Both the position numbers and the translations under genes were made by a program. A stretch of DNA of 64,000 nucleotides from Candidatus Omnitrophota bacterium (GTDB taxonomy: Bacteria; Omnitrophota; Gorgyraeia; Gygaellales; Profunditerraquicolaceae): NCBI GenBank assembly GCA_049517335.1, contig JBEKSD010000001.1, forward strand, positions 1-64,000. The letters run 5' to 3'. Positions 29,058 through 38,947 of the stretch are shown here, piece after piece. A model generated the notes under the pieces. The model ran no database searches. It was given only the letters and a program-made list of their open reading frames with translations, and was not told where the DNA came from. Within the stretch, counting starts at the first letter, position 1, and every line of letters starts with the position of its first letter.

Positions 29058-31718
29058 ATGGAAAAGCTTTTCAAATTTTATGATGACTGCGGAAGTTTTA
29101 CTTCCAAGAGCGCGATTCACCTAAAAAGCCTTTATTTTCCTCTAGGAAATGAAGCCCTGTTTTCCTCTGTTTCCCCGGATTTGCACGGAGATATTAAGAC
29201 GGGGCAGGATTCTTTCCTTATGCCGCCTGTATCCCGCATAGATTTAACCCTTTCCAGGGCTTCCCGGAACTTCTGGATTTATATTGATAAAAACAAAATC
29301 TGGTCTGCCAGCGGAGTATCCAAGGAAGCCGGACAAATTAAAGAAGACAGGGTAATCCTTGATGCGGGGCTACTTTGGCATAAAATAACCAGAGAGAATA
29401 AACGTATGGGCTTGAGGGCGGAAATTTTATCTTTTGTTCCTGCAAGCGGAGAGCCGGTTGAGATAATGCAGGTTAAAATAACGAATATTTCCCGCAAAAA
29501 AATAAATTTTATCCCCACAGCTGCCATACCCCTTTATGCGCGTTCAGCAACCACTATCCGCGACCACCGTCATGTTACCTCTTTACTTGCGCGCATTACT
29601 TTAAATAAATTCGGAGTAGTAGTAAAGCCCACGCTGTTATTTGATGAAGCGGGCCATGAGTGTAATAATGCAAGTTATTTTGTTTTCGCTTTTGACCCCT
29701 TATCCAATGGCCCCCGGTATATCTATCCGACGCAGGAGATGTTTTGCGGGGAGGAAGGGGACCTTGAAGCCCCGAAGAGCGTTTTAGAAAATTTAGCACC
29801 TAGCGAAATGCCAATTCAGGGCAAAGAGCCGATGGCTGCCTTAGGTTTTGGAAAAAAGAGTTTAGCGAGCCAAAAGTCAGTATCATACATAGTGGTAATG
29901 GGTATTACTGAGCGCAGTGATGAGATTAAAAGTATAATTAACAAATTCAATAGCGTAAAAAAGGTTAAAGAGTCCTTTAGTGAAACCAAGGAAGCGTGGA
30001 TTAAGAAGTCAAGACAGATAACCCTTGCTAGCGGAGAGCGAAATTTTGATGATTGGTTTTCATGGGTTGCCATTCAGCCGGTTTTAAGGAAGATATTTGG
30101 TTGTTCTTTCCTGCCGGATTTTGATTACGGCAAAGGCGGCAGGGGCTGGCGTGACCTCTGGCAGGACTGCCTGGGATTAATTTTGTCAAACCCTCATTCG
30201 GTGCGCTCGCTTTTAATCAATAATTTTTCAGGCCTGCGCATTGACGGCTCCAATGCTACCATTATTACTAATAAAAACGGAGGGTTTATCGCCGACCGGA
30301 ATGATATTGCCCGCGTCTGGATGGACCATGGCATCTGGCCGCTTTTGACCCTGGATTTATACATTAACGAAACAGGGGATTACGGGATTTTATTTGAGGA
30401 AGCAGCTTATTTTTGCGACCGCCATATTTTCCGTTCTAATGCCCTAAACAAAAACTGGAATCCGAGGAGAGGGAATTACTTAAAGGAAAGTTCAGGAAGG
30501 ATTTATAAAGGCAGTATTTTTGAGCATCTGTTATTACAAAATTTGACGCAATTTTTTAACGTTGGCCGTCATAACCATATCCGGCTTGAAGGCGCGGATT
30601 GGAATGACGGGCTTGATATGGCTGGCAGAGAAGGCGAAAGCGTTGCTTTTACCTCTATGTACGCGCAGAATTTAAAAACACTTGCCGATTTATTGATAAA
30701 AAGTGGGCAACGCAATATCCCGCTTATAAAAGAATTGAAACTGCTGCTTGGAAAAATTGATTATGACAACCCGGTTGAAAAGGTTAAGATGCTCAAGAGG
30801 TATTTTCAGAAGGTCCAATCCAGCGTATCCGGGGCAAAGGTTACGCTCAACAGCGCAGAGCTGGCTGAAGATTTAAAGGATAAATCCGAATGGATTAGCC
30901 GGCATATCCGTAAAACCGAATGGCTAAGAGAAGGCTTCTTTAACGGCTATTATGATAATAAGTCAAGGCGCGTGGAAGGATTAAGGGCCGGCGTCATGCG
31001 GATGATGTTTACTTCGCAAGTTATGCCGATTATGAGCGCAGTGGCGAGTAACGTTCAGGTTGATATGGCTTTAGCGAAGGTGAGAAAATATCTGCGCGAC
31101 AAAAAATTCGGCGGTTACCGGCTTAACACCGACTTTAGGGAAGAGCAGCTTGATCTAGGCCGGGCTTTTTCTTTTACTTACGGCGAAAAAGAGAACGGCG
31201 CTTTCTTTAACCACATGACCGTAATGTTTGCCTACGCGTTATATAAACGTAATTATGCCGAAGATGGCTGGGAGGTATTGAATTCCATTTATAATATGGC
31301 CATTGACACGGGGGTGAGTAAAATATACCCCTGCCTTCCGGAGTATTTTAATTCCGAGGGCCGGGGGATGTATTCATATTTAACCGGTTCAGCCAGCTGG
31401 TTCGTATTAACCCTTTTGACGCAGGCCTTCGGAGTAAGGGGCTTAGCAGGAGATCTGTTGATTGAGCCAAAGCTTTCTCGCGGACAATTCAGGAATTCAG
31501 CTAAGCTTAGCCTCAGGAGGTCGTTTGCCGGAAGGGAAATAGAAGTAACTTTCTCTAACCCTAAAAAACTTAAAGCCGGAAGATACGGAATAATTAAAGC
31601 TTCGCTTAACTCGCAAGAGCTGTCTCTTGAAGAATATAATTTTCTGATTATTCCCCGTAAACGTATCCTCGCTTTATCTCCCGATAAAGTGCATAAAATC
31701 AGTATAATTTTAGGTTAA
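29058..31718 (+). CDS. GH94 glycoside phosphorylase (laminaribiose phosphorylase-like)
   Basis: GGRGWRDLWQD, ADWNDGL, KENGAFFNH, YLTGSASW. Confidence 0.8.
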   Translation: MEKLFKFYDDCGSFTSKSAIHLKSLYFPLGNEALFSSVSPDLHGDIKTGQDSFLMPPVSRIDLTLSRASRNFWIYIDKNKIWSASGVSKEAGQIKEDRVILDAGLLWHKITRENKRMGLRAEILSFVPASGEPVEIMQVKITNISRKKINFIPTAAIPLYARSATTIRDHRHVTSLLARITLNKFGVVVKPTLLFDEAGHECNNASYFVFAFDPLSNGPRYIYPTQEMFCGEEGDLEAPKSVLENLAPSEMPIQGKEPMAALGFGKKSLASQKSVSYIVVMGITERSDEIKSIINKFNSVKKVKESFSETKEAWIKKSRQITLASGERNFDDWFSWVAIQPVLRKIFGCSFLPDFDYGKGGRGWRDLWQDCLGLILSNPHSVRSLLINNFSGLRIDGSNATIITNKNGGFIADRNDIARVWMDHGIWPLLTLDLYINETGDYGILFEEAAYFCDRHIFRSNALNKNWNPRRGNYLKESSGRIYKGSIFEHLLLQNLTQFFNVGRHNHIRLEGADWNDGLDMAGREGESVAFTSMYAQNLKTLADLLIKSGQRNIPLIKELKLLLGKIDYDNPVEKVKMLKRYFQKVQSSVSGAKVTLNSAELAEDLKDKSEWISRHIRKTEWLREGFFNGYYDNKSRRVEGLRAGVMRMMFTSQVMPIMSAVASNVQVDMALAKVRKYLRDKKFGGYRLNTDFREEQLDLGRAFSFTYGEKENGAFFNHMTVMFAYALYKRNYAEDGWEVLNSIYNMAIDTGVSKIYPCLPEYFNSEGRGMYSYLTGSASWFVLTLLTQAFGVRGLAGDLLIEPKLSRGQFRNSAKLSLRRSFAGREIEVTFSNPKKLKAGRYGIIKASLNSQELSLEEYNFLIIPRKRILALSPDKVHKISIILG

Positions 31719-31732
31719 TCCTAGCGGTTGTT

Positions 31733-31791
31733 GAACCTAAAACAAGGTCAAGCGCCTTTGGGCACTGAGTTCTGTTTTAGGTCCTTTTTTT
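31733..31791 (+). terminator. Terminator-like hairpin after the GH94 gene
   Basis: ACCTAAAACA ... TGTTTTAGGT followed by CC and a T tract. Confidence 0.55.
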
Positions 31792-31793
31792 AT

Positions 31794-31822
31794 TTGCTAA
31801 AATTAAGCATTTCTGGTATAAT
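31794..31822 (+). promoter_or_regulatory. Sigma70 promoter of the pur cluster
   Basis: TTGCTA-17-TATAAT with extended -10 TG; SD GGAGG before purB. Confidence 0.65.
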
Positions 31823-31844
31823 TTAACTCCTTCAGGGAGGAACG

Positions 31845-33137
31845 ATGATTGAGCGCTACAGCTTACCAAAAATGAAGAGTATATGGCAGGAAGAGTTTAA
31901 GTTTAAGACCATGCTTGCCATTGAGATACTTTCCTTGGAAGCGCTCGCTAAGAAGAATAAAATTCCCGCCTCTGCCGTCTCAAGGATCAGGAAAAAAGCC
32001 CGCTTTAATTTAGCCCAAATTAAGAAAATTGAAGAGAAAACCCAACACGATGTTGTGGCATTTGTTACTAACGTGGCACAATATATTGGGTCTGATGCCA
32101 AATATTTACATTTAGGGCTCACCTCTTCGGATATTTTGGATACTAGCTTAGGCGTCCAAATTAAAAGCGCATCTGGTATTCTCAGGGATGATCTTAATAA
32201 GCTTCTGGGCATCTTGGCCAGAAAAGCAAAACAATACAAGGATATGGTTTGCATCGGCCGCACACACGGGGTACATGCGGAACCCACAACATTTGGGCTT
32301 AAGCTAGCCCTTTGGTATGATGAGACCAAGCGTAATTTAAAGAGATTAGAACGGGCTGCAAACGAAGCAGGCTTAGGCAAAATTTCCGGCGCTGTCGGTA
32401 CCTATGCCAATATTGATCCTTTTGTAGAAACATACGTTTGCAGGAAGCTAGGCTTGAAAGCGGCTAATATTTCAACACAGGTCATACAAAGAGATGTATA
32501 TGCCCAATATATGGCTACGCTTGCGCTAATCGGAACATCTTTGGAAAAATTTGCCACAGAGATAAGGCACTTGCAGAGAACGGAAGTTTTAGAAGTTGAG
32601 GAGCCGTTTGGAAAAGGGCAGAAAGGCTCATCTGCCATGCCGCATAAGCGAAACCCTGTAATTTGTGAGCGTATTTGCGGCTTAAGCCGAATTCTACGCG
32701 GTAATGCGATAGCGGCGATGGAAAATGTTGCCCTCTGGCATGAACGCGATATATCGCATTCTTCGGCTGAGCGCGTGATCCTGCCCGATTCTACAATAGT
32801 CCTGGATTATATGTTGAATAAATTCATTCAGGTTGTAGAAGGGATGAGCGTTTATCCGGACAATATGCTCATTAATTTAGCCAGGACGCACGGCTTGATA
32901 TTCTCCCAGAGAGTGCTTTTAGAGCTTATGCATAAAGGATTAAGGCGTATGATCGCTTACGATATCGTGCAAAGGGCGGCGATGAAGACATGGAAAGAAG
33001 GGACAAATTTCAAAGACAATCTTCTTTTAGAAAAAGAGGTTAGAAAATATCTTTCCCTAAAAGAGCTTGATAAGATTTTTGACTTGGATTATTATTTACG
33101 CCGAGTGGATTATATTTTTGACAAGGTTGGTTTATAA
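31845..33137 (+). CDS. purB: Adenylosuccinate lyase
   Basis: MIERYS, GRTHGVHAEP, GSSAMPHKRNP. Confidence 0.98.
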   Translation: MIERYSLPKMKSIWQEEFKFKTMLAIEILSLEALAKKNKIPASAVSRIRKKARFNLAQIKKIEEKTQHDVVAFVTNVAQYIGSDAKYLHLGLTSSDILDTSLGVQIKSASGILRDDLNKLLGILARKAKQYKDMVCIGRTHGVHAEPTTFGLKLALWYDETKRNLKRLERAANEAGLGKISGAVGTYANIDPFVETYVCRKLGLKAANISTQVIQRDVYAQYMATLALIGTSLEKFATEIRHLQRTEVLEVEEPFGKGQKGSSAMPHKRNPVICERICGLSRILRGNAIAAMENVALWHERDISHSSAERVILPDSTIVLDYMLNKFIQVVEGMSVYPDNMLINLARTHGLIFSQRVLLELMHKGLRRMIAYDIVQRAAMKTWKEGTNFKDNLLLEKEVRKYLSLKELDKIFDLDYYLRRVDYIFDKVGL

Positions 33138-33174
33138 CCCTCACCTTCAATTTTTCCAAAGGTAGTTAATTAAA

Positions 33175-36069
33175 ATGCAGTATAAGATCGAAATAGCCGA
33201 TAAACGGGGAGTCTTTGATGCCGTGGGTGAAGGCATCTTGAAGGACATCCGGGACTTAGGCATAAATTCCGCAAAGAAAGTAAAATTCATTCAGATTTAT
33301 ACTATTGAAGGGGATATTCCGGATATCCAGATAGAAAATATCTGCAGCGAACTTCTTACCGACAAAATCTCGCAGGATTATATTATTGATGGGCGCGAAC
33401 CCGCGAACTCAGGAACCCGCGAACAATTTATTATTGAAGTCGCCTATAATCCCGGCGTCATGGACCCGGTAGAAGATTCCACTTTAAAAGGTATCCGTGA
33501 CTTGGGAATTGAAGCTGCACTTGCCATTAGGACCGCCAAGAAATACATTATCCGCGGTAAACTTACCAGGCAGGAACTTAAAACTATCTCGGAAAAGCTC
33601 CTCTACAATAAACTTATACAGCATATTGTGCGGCCGGGGGAAGAGATAAAACACGCCGAAGCTTCCTATGAATTTAAGCTTATTAGCGTAGATTTATTAG
33701 CTAGAGGCGATAAAGAGCTGCTTGAGCTAAGCAGGAAGGGTCAGCTCTTTTTAAATTTAAACGAGATGCGCGCGATAAAAGATTATTTCAAGAAGCTCAA
33801 ACGTAACCCCACAGATTGCGAACTGGAGACCGTTGCCCAGACCTGGTCAGAGCATTGTTACCATAAGACTTTCCGTGGGAAAATATATTATAAAGAGAAG
33901 GGTAAAAATTTTAAAAAACTCAAAGCTAAAAAAATAGACGGCCTGCTTAAGTCTACGATTATGAAGGTTACTAAAGAGCTGAATAAGCCGTGGTGCGTTT
34001 CGGTTTTTAAGGATAACTCCGGGGTAATTAAATTTGACGATAAACATAATGTTTGCTTTAAGGTGGAAACCCATAATCATCCTTCGGCATTAGAGCCTTT
34101 CGGCGGAGCAAACACCGGAATAGGTGGGGTTATCCGTGACCCCTTAGGTACAGGCTTGGGCGCTAAGCCCATTTTAAACACGGATGTATTCTGTTTCGGC
34201 CCTCCGGAATTGCCTTTTAGCAAAGTGCCTGAAGGTTCTCTTCATCCTAAGCGGGTGATGAAAGGCGTGGTTTCCGGGGTGCGCGATTACGGGAATAAAA
34301 TGGGGATCCCTACGGTAAACGGGGCAGTGCTTTTTCATGAAGGCTTTGTGGGAAACCCGCTGGTTTACTGCGGCACAGCCGGGATTATGCCTAAAGATAA
34401 ATCTTTTAAGAAAACCAATATAGGGGATTTGGTCGTGCTGGTAGGAGGCAGGACCGGCAGGGACGGGATTCACGGCGCGACATTTTCATCGGGTGAGCTT
34501 ACCCATGAATCGGAGAAAGTTTCTTCAGGAGCAGTGCAGATCGGTAACCCTATTCAGGAAAAGAAAGTCTTAGACGGGATTTTGAAAGCGCGCGACCTTA
34601 ATTTATATACCGCAATAACTGACTGCGGAGCAGGCGGCCTCTCCAGCGCGGTCGGGGAAATGGGTGCTGACACGGGCGCAAGGGTTGACCTTGATAAAGT
34701 GCCTTTGAAATATTCCGGGTTAAGCTACATGGAGATCTGGATTTCAGAGTCTCAGGAGAGGATGGTTCTATCGGTTGCCCCGGAAAAAATTGGGGAGCTG
34801 CTGAAAGTATTTAATGATGAGAATCTGGAGGCAACTGTAATCGGTAAATTTAGCGCTAGTAAAAAATTAGAGCTGTATTATAAAAATAATCTGGTTTGTA
34901 ATATGGATATGCAGTTTTTGCATGGCGGGCCGCCGAAAATAAGCAAAGAGGCGGTATTCATTCAGCCAAAACATAAAGCGCCAAAAATCCCGCTTAAAAA
35001 AGAGCTGAGTAAATCGCTCCTTAGCTTGCTTAGTCATTATGATATTGCCTCCAAGGAGTGGATTATCAGGCAGTATGACCATGAGGTGCAGGGTGGCTCG
35101 GTGTTAAAGCCTTTAACAGGCATTGTCAACGACGGGCCCTCAGATGCCAGTATCAGTAAGCCACTGCTTGATTCTAAAAAAGGCGTTATTCTAGCAAATG
35201 GGATAAATTTCCGCTTCGGTTTTATTGACCCTTATTGGATGGCAGCTTCCTGTATCGATGAAGCTCTACGCCAGGTTATTTCAGTAGGCGGTTCTTTAAA
35301 GAGGACAGCGATACTGGATAATTTCTGCTGGGGAAATCCGGATAAGCCTGACCGCTTAGGAGGTTTGGTACGTGCTGCTTATGGTTGTTATGACGCTGCA
35401 AAAGGCTTCTCTGTACCTTTTATTTCCGGGAAGGACAGCCTTTATAATGAATACATGGTGAAGGGGAAATCTTTAAGTATACCCGGTACGCTTTTAATTT
35501 CGGCCATAAGCATCATGGATGATGTTCAGGAAGCTGTTTCCATGTATACAAAAGAAGCCGGAGACCTGATCTATATAGTGGGTGAAACTTTTGCTGAATT
35601 AGGCGCTTCGCATTATTATGATTTATGCGGCGTGATTGGCAATAATGTCCCTAAAGTGAATATGAAGAAGGCGAGACTTATTTTTGATAGTCTTACCAAG
35701 GCAACTTCGTCTGGGTTAATCAAGGCAATGCATGATTGTTCTGACGGCGGGCTGGGTGTAGCGGCTGCGGAAATGGCTTTTGCCGGCGGCTTGGGGATGG
35801 AGCTGTTTTTGTCCGAGGTTCCCTATAAGTCTAAAGAAAAAAGAAATGATTTTATATTATTTTCCGAATCCAACTCCCGTTTTATAGTCGAGGTTGATAA
35901 GGATAAGCAGAAACAATTTGAAAGGCTGCTTAAAGGTCTTCCTTTTGGTTTAATCGGATGTGTTAGAGATAAGAAATATTTTAAAGTTTACGGCCTGGAT
36001 TCCGAGGTTTGCCTTCAGGCGGATATAAAAGATTTAAAAGAGGCGTGGCAAAAACCATTTAGCTGGTGA
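33175..36069 (+). CDS. purL: FGAM synthase PurL with two N-terminal PurS-like domains
   Basis: QTWSEHCYHK, KVETHNHPS, DCGAGG, SGKDSLYN; tandem PurS-like units GVFDAVGE and PGVMDPVE. Confidence 0.95.
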   Translation: MQYKIEIADKRGVFDAVGEGILKDIRDLGINSAKKVKFIQIYTIEGDIPDIQIENICSELLTDKISQDYIIDGREPANSGTREQFIIEVAYNPGVMDPVEDSTLKGIRDLGIEAALAIRTAKKYIIRGKLTRQELKTISEKLLYNKLIQHIVRPGEEIKHAEASYEFKLISVDLLARGDKELLELSRKGQLFLNLNEMRAIKDYFKKLKRNPTDCELETVAQTWSEHCYHKTFRGKIYYKEKGKNFKKLKAKKIDGLLKSTIMKVTKELNKPWCVSVFKDNSGVIKFDDKHNVCFKVETHNHPSALEPFGGANTGIGGVIRDPLGTGLGAKPILNTDVFCFGPPELPFSKVPEGSLHPKRVMKGVVSGVRDYGNKMGIPTVNGAVLFHEGFVGNPLVYCGTAGIMPKDKSFKKTNIGDLVVLVGGRTGRDGIHGATFSSGELTHESEKVSSGAVQIGNPIQEKKVLDGILKARDLNLYTAITDCGAGGLSSAVGEMGADTGARVDLDKVPLKYSGLSYMEIWISESQERMVLSVAPEKIGELLKVFNDENLEATVIGKFSASKKLELYYKNNLVCNMDMQFLHGGPPKISKEAVFIQPKHKAPKIPLKKELSKSLLSLLSHYDIASKEWIIRQYDHEVQGGSVLKPLTGIVNDGPSDASISKPLLDSKKGVILANGINFRFGFIDPYWMAASCIDEALRQVISVGGSLKRTAILDNFCWGNPDKPDRLGGLVRAAYGCYDAAKGFSVPFISGKDSLYNEYMVKGKSLSIPGTLLISAISIMDDVQEAVSMYTKEAGDLIYIVGETFAELGASHYYDLCGVIGNNVPKVNMKKARLIFDSLTKATSSGLIKAMHDCSDGGLGVAAAEMAFAGGLGMELFLSEVPYKSKEKRNDFILFSESNSRFIVEVDKDKQKQFERLLKGLPFGLIGCVRDKKYFKVYGLDSEVCLQADIKDLKEAWQKPFSW

Positions 36070-36089
36070 AAAAACCGAGGGGAGGGAGT

Positions 36090-36746
36090 ATGCAAAAACA
36101 GCGCATAATCAAGAAAGACTTTACTCAGGAAGATACCTGGCGCATGTTCCGTATTATGGGCGAATTTGTTGACGGATTTGAAGTCCTCTCTCAGGTGGGC
36201 AAGGCGGTTTCCATTTTCGGCTCAAGCCGTTCTAGGTTTAATAACAAGTATTATAAATTTGCCGAAGAGATAGCTTATCTTTTAGCCAAATCCGGCTACG
36301 CTATTATTACCGGCGGCGGGCCGGGAATAATGGAGGCTGGTAACCGCGGTGCCCGGCGCGCCGGAGGGCTCTCCATTGGTTTAAATATCCAGATCCCCAC
36401 GGAGCAGAAGGCCAATGCCTATATTGATACGCTCCTTGATTTTCATTATTTTTTCGTGCGCAAAGTGATGTTCGTTAAATATGCCAAGGCATTTGTGATC
36501 ATGCCCGGAGGATACGGTACGTTGGACGAGTTTTATGAAGCCATAAACCTGATTCAAACCGAGCGTATACCCAAATTCCCGGTTGTCTTATTCGGCAGCG
36601 ATTACTGGAAAGGTATGATTAAATGGCTTAAAGAGGTAGTTCTAAAAGACGGGAATATATATCCCTATGATTTAGACTTATTTAAAGTTACCGACAAACC
36701 GCAAGAAGTAGTAACGATAGTAAAGAAATTTTATGCCAAGCGTTAA
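36090..36746 (+). CDS. LOG-family nucleotide phosphoribohydrolase (TIGR00730-like)
   Basis: IFGS, TGGGPGIME, FFVRK, PGGYGTLDE. Confidence 0.9.
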   Translation: MQKQRIIKKDFTQEDTWRMFRIMGEFVDGFEVLSQVGKAVSIFGSSRSRFNNKYYKFAEEIAYLLAKSGYAIITGGGPGIMEAGNRGARRAGGLSIGLNIQIPTEQKANAYIDTLLDFHYFFVRKVMFVKYAKAFVIMPGGYGTLDEFYEAINLIQTERIPKFPVVLFGSDYWKGMIKWLKEVVLKDGNIYPYDLDLFKVTDKPQEVVTIVKKFYAKR

Positions 36747-37515
36747 AGTTTGCATTTTGAGGACAGCCGGGACAAATTGCGATAAGGAAACCGCGTTTGC
36801 CTTTACAGCTGCGGGTGGGACAACTGAATTTGTGCATATCAAGGAATTGGTTGAAGGCAGGAAGAACCTTGTCAATTTCCAGATTCTTGTCCTCCCCGGA
36901 GGTTTTAGTTACGGAGATGATATTGCCTCGGGGAAAATATTGGCCAATGAGATGGTGAATAAATTATCGGCAGATTTAATGAAATTCATCCGTGACGGTA
37001 AATTGATCATCGGGATATGTAACGGCTTCCAAATACTGGTAAAAAGCGGCCTGCTTCCGGGAGGCCCAGGATTAAAACAGGAAACAAGCTTGATTATTAA
37101 TGACTCGGGGAAGTTTGAAGACCGCTGGGTGTATTTACGCAAATCTCACGATAAATGCGTTTGGACAAAAAATCTTGCCCCAATAATTTATTTGCCGGTT
37201 GCGCATGGAGAGGGAAAATTTGTTGTCCAGGATAGAACTGTTTTAGCAAGATTAAAGCGTAACGACCAGATTGTTTTCCAGTATTGCGATGAAAGAGCTA
37301 AACTGGAAGGATATCCCTATAATCCCAACGGTTCAAAGGAAAATATCGCTGGCATTTGCGATGAGACAGGCAGGGTTTTCGGCCTGATGCCTCATCCTGA
37401 AAGGCACATTCAATTTACTCAGGCTCCCCGCTGGACGTCTACTGCTAAAGCAGGCGCAGGCGACGGGATGCAGATATTCAGGAATGGAGTGGAATATGCG
37501 AGAGCTAAACTATAG
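36733..37515 (+). CDS. purQ: FGAM synthase glutaminase subunit
   Basis: GTNCD, GGFSYGD, GICNGFQ, MPHPER. Confidence 0.97.
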   Translation: MPSVKVCILRTAGTNCDKETAFAFTAAGGTTEFVHIKELVEGRKNLVNFQILVLPGGFSYGDDIASGKILANEMVNKLSADLMKFIRDGKLIIGICNGFQILVKSGLLPGGPGLKQETSLIINDSGKFEDRWVYLRKSHDKCVWTKNLAPIIYLPVAHGEGKFVVQDRTVLARLKRNDQIVFQYCDERAKLEGYPYNPNGSKENIAGICDETGRVFGLMPHPERHIQFTQAPRWTSTAKAGAGDGMQIFRNGVEYARAKL

Positions 37516-38947
37516 CGACGAAGCAAAAGAATATTGCGGCCTTTTCGGAATTGTTAACCACGCACACGCAAGCTGGCTCACCTACATGGGGCTTTACGCC
37601 CAGCAGCACCGGGGGCAGGAAGCCTGTGGGATAGCGGTGAATAATAAAGGTATTTTGACGATACACAAGAATATGGGGTTAGTCAGTGATGTATTTAACG
37701 AAGAGATCCTGGCCAAGTTAAAAGGGAATATGGCGGTGGGCCATGTGCGTTATTCTACTACCGGCTCAAGCGTATTGAAAAATTCCCAGCCGCTTTTAAT
37801 TGATTATGCCAAGGGCTCTATTTGTATCGCGCATAACGGAAACTTGGTAAATTCATTCCAGTTGCGCCGCTATCTGGAAAAAACCGGTTCCATTTTCCAG
37901 ACTACAACCGATTCCGAGATTGTAATTCATTTAATGGCGCGCTCCCGTTCCATGGATTTGGAAGAAAGCCTGATATATGCCTTAAAAAGAATTAAAGGCG
38001 CCTATTCATTGGTGATGATGGATAATAAGCATTTAATCGGAGTAAGGGACCCGTTGGGTTTTCGGCCGCTGTGCCTGGGTAAATTCGGCAACGCCTGGTG
38101 CCTGGCTTCGGAGACCTGCGCCTTTGATCTGATCGGCGCTAAATTCGTGCGCGAAATAGAGCCAGGTGAAATAATCATCATCAGCGAAAATGTGGTTAAG
38201 ATAATTAAGCCTAAAGAACTGCAGTTTAAGCGCAGGCACGCCTTCTGTACTTTTGAGCATGTATATTTTTCGCGGCCTGATTCGGTGGTCTTCGGTGAGA
38301 CCGTGCATTTGGTCAGAAGAAAGCTGGGGGAGGAGCTGGCGCGCGAGCATCCGGTGGATGCTGATTATGTTGTTCCTGTTCCCGATTCGGGGTATTCCGC
38401 GGCATTAGGATACGCCAAAGAATCCGGGATTCCTTTAGAAATGGGGATTATCCGTAACCACTATGTAGGAAGAACCTTTATCCAGCCGGCGCAGGATACG
38501 CGCGATCTGGGAGTAAGGGTAAAATTCAATTTTATGAAAGCTGTGCTTAAGGGCAAGCGCATCGTTATAGTGGATGATTCCATTGTCCGTGGAACAACTT
38601 CCAAGATACGCGTGCGTAATTTAAGGCGCATCGGCGTAAAAGAAGTGCATTTGCGGATATCCTGCCCGCCGCACCGTTTCCCCTGCTTTTACGGGATAGA
38701 TTTCCATAAGTCATCGGAACTGATCGCCAATAAATACGAGTCAATTGAAAAAATAAGGCAGTATTTGGGCGTTGATACTCTGGGGTATTTAAGCTTGGAA
38801 GGTATGCAGAAATGTATGAAGTGCGCCAAGAATTTCTATTGTAATGCCTGCTGGACGGGGAAATACCCGGTCAGGGCAGAGAAGAAACACAGCAAATTCT
38901 CTCTCGAAGAACATTGCTGCGGCCAAGGAGAGTTAGAAGCATGTTAA
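37496..38947 (+). CDS. purF: Amidophosphoribosyltransferase
   Basis: Propeptide then CGLFG, QHRGQ, GHVRYST, VDDSIVRGTT, Fe-S cysteines; start could be 37484. Confidence 0.97.
   Translation: MRELNYSDEAKEYCGLFGIVNHAHASWLTYMGLYAQQHRGQEACGIAVNNKGILTIHKNMGLVSDVFNEEILAKLKGNMAVGHVRYSTTGSSVLKNSQPLLIDYAKGSICIAHNGNLVNSFQLRRYLEKTGSIFQTTTDSEIVIHLMARSRSMDLEESLIYALKRIKGAYSLVMMDNKHLIGVRDPLGFRPLCLGKFGNAWCLASETCAFDLIGAKFVREIEPGEIIIISENVVKIIKPKELQFKRRHAFCTFEHVYFSRPDSVVFGETVHLVRRKLGEELAREHPVDADYVVPVPDSGYSAALGYAKESGIPLEMGIIRNHYVGRTFIQPAQDTRDLGVRVKFNFMKAVLKGKRIVIVDDSIVRGTTSKIRVRNLRRIGVKEVHLRISCPPHRFPCFYGIDFHKSSELIANKYESIEKIRQYLGVDTLGYLSLEGMQKCMKCAKNFYCNACWTGKYPVRAEKKHSKFSLEEHCCGQGELEAC

Noticed and set aside
31720-31791. 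Possible ZTP or PRPP riboswitch upstream of purB (GCGCCTTTGGGCAC)
   Set aside because: Lacks the conserved 5' aptamer elements and lies upstream of the apparent purB promoter; better explained as the GH94 terminator.
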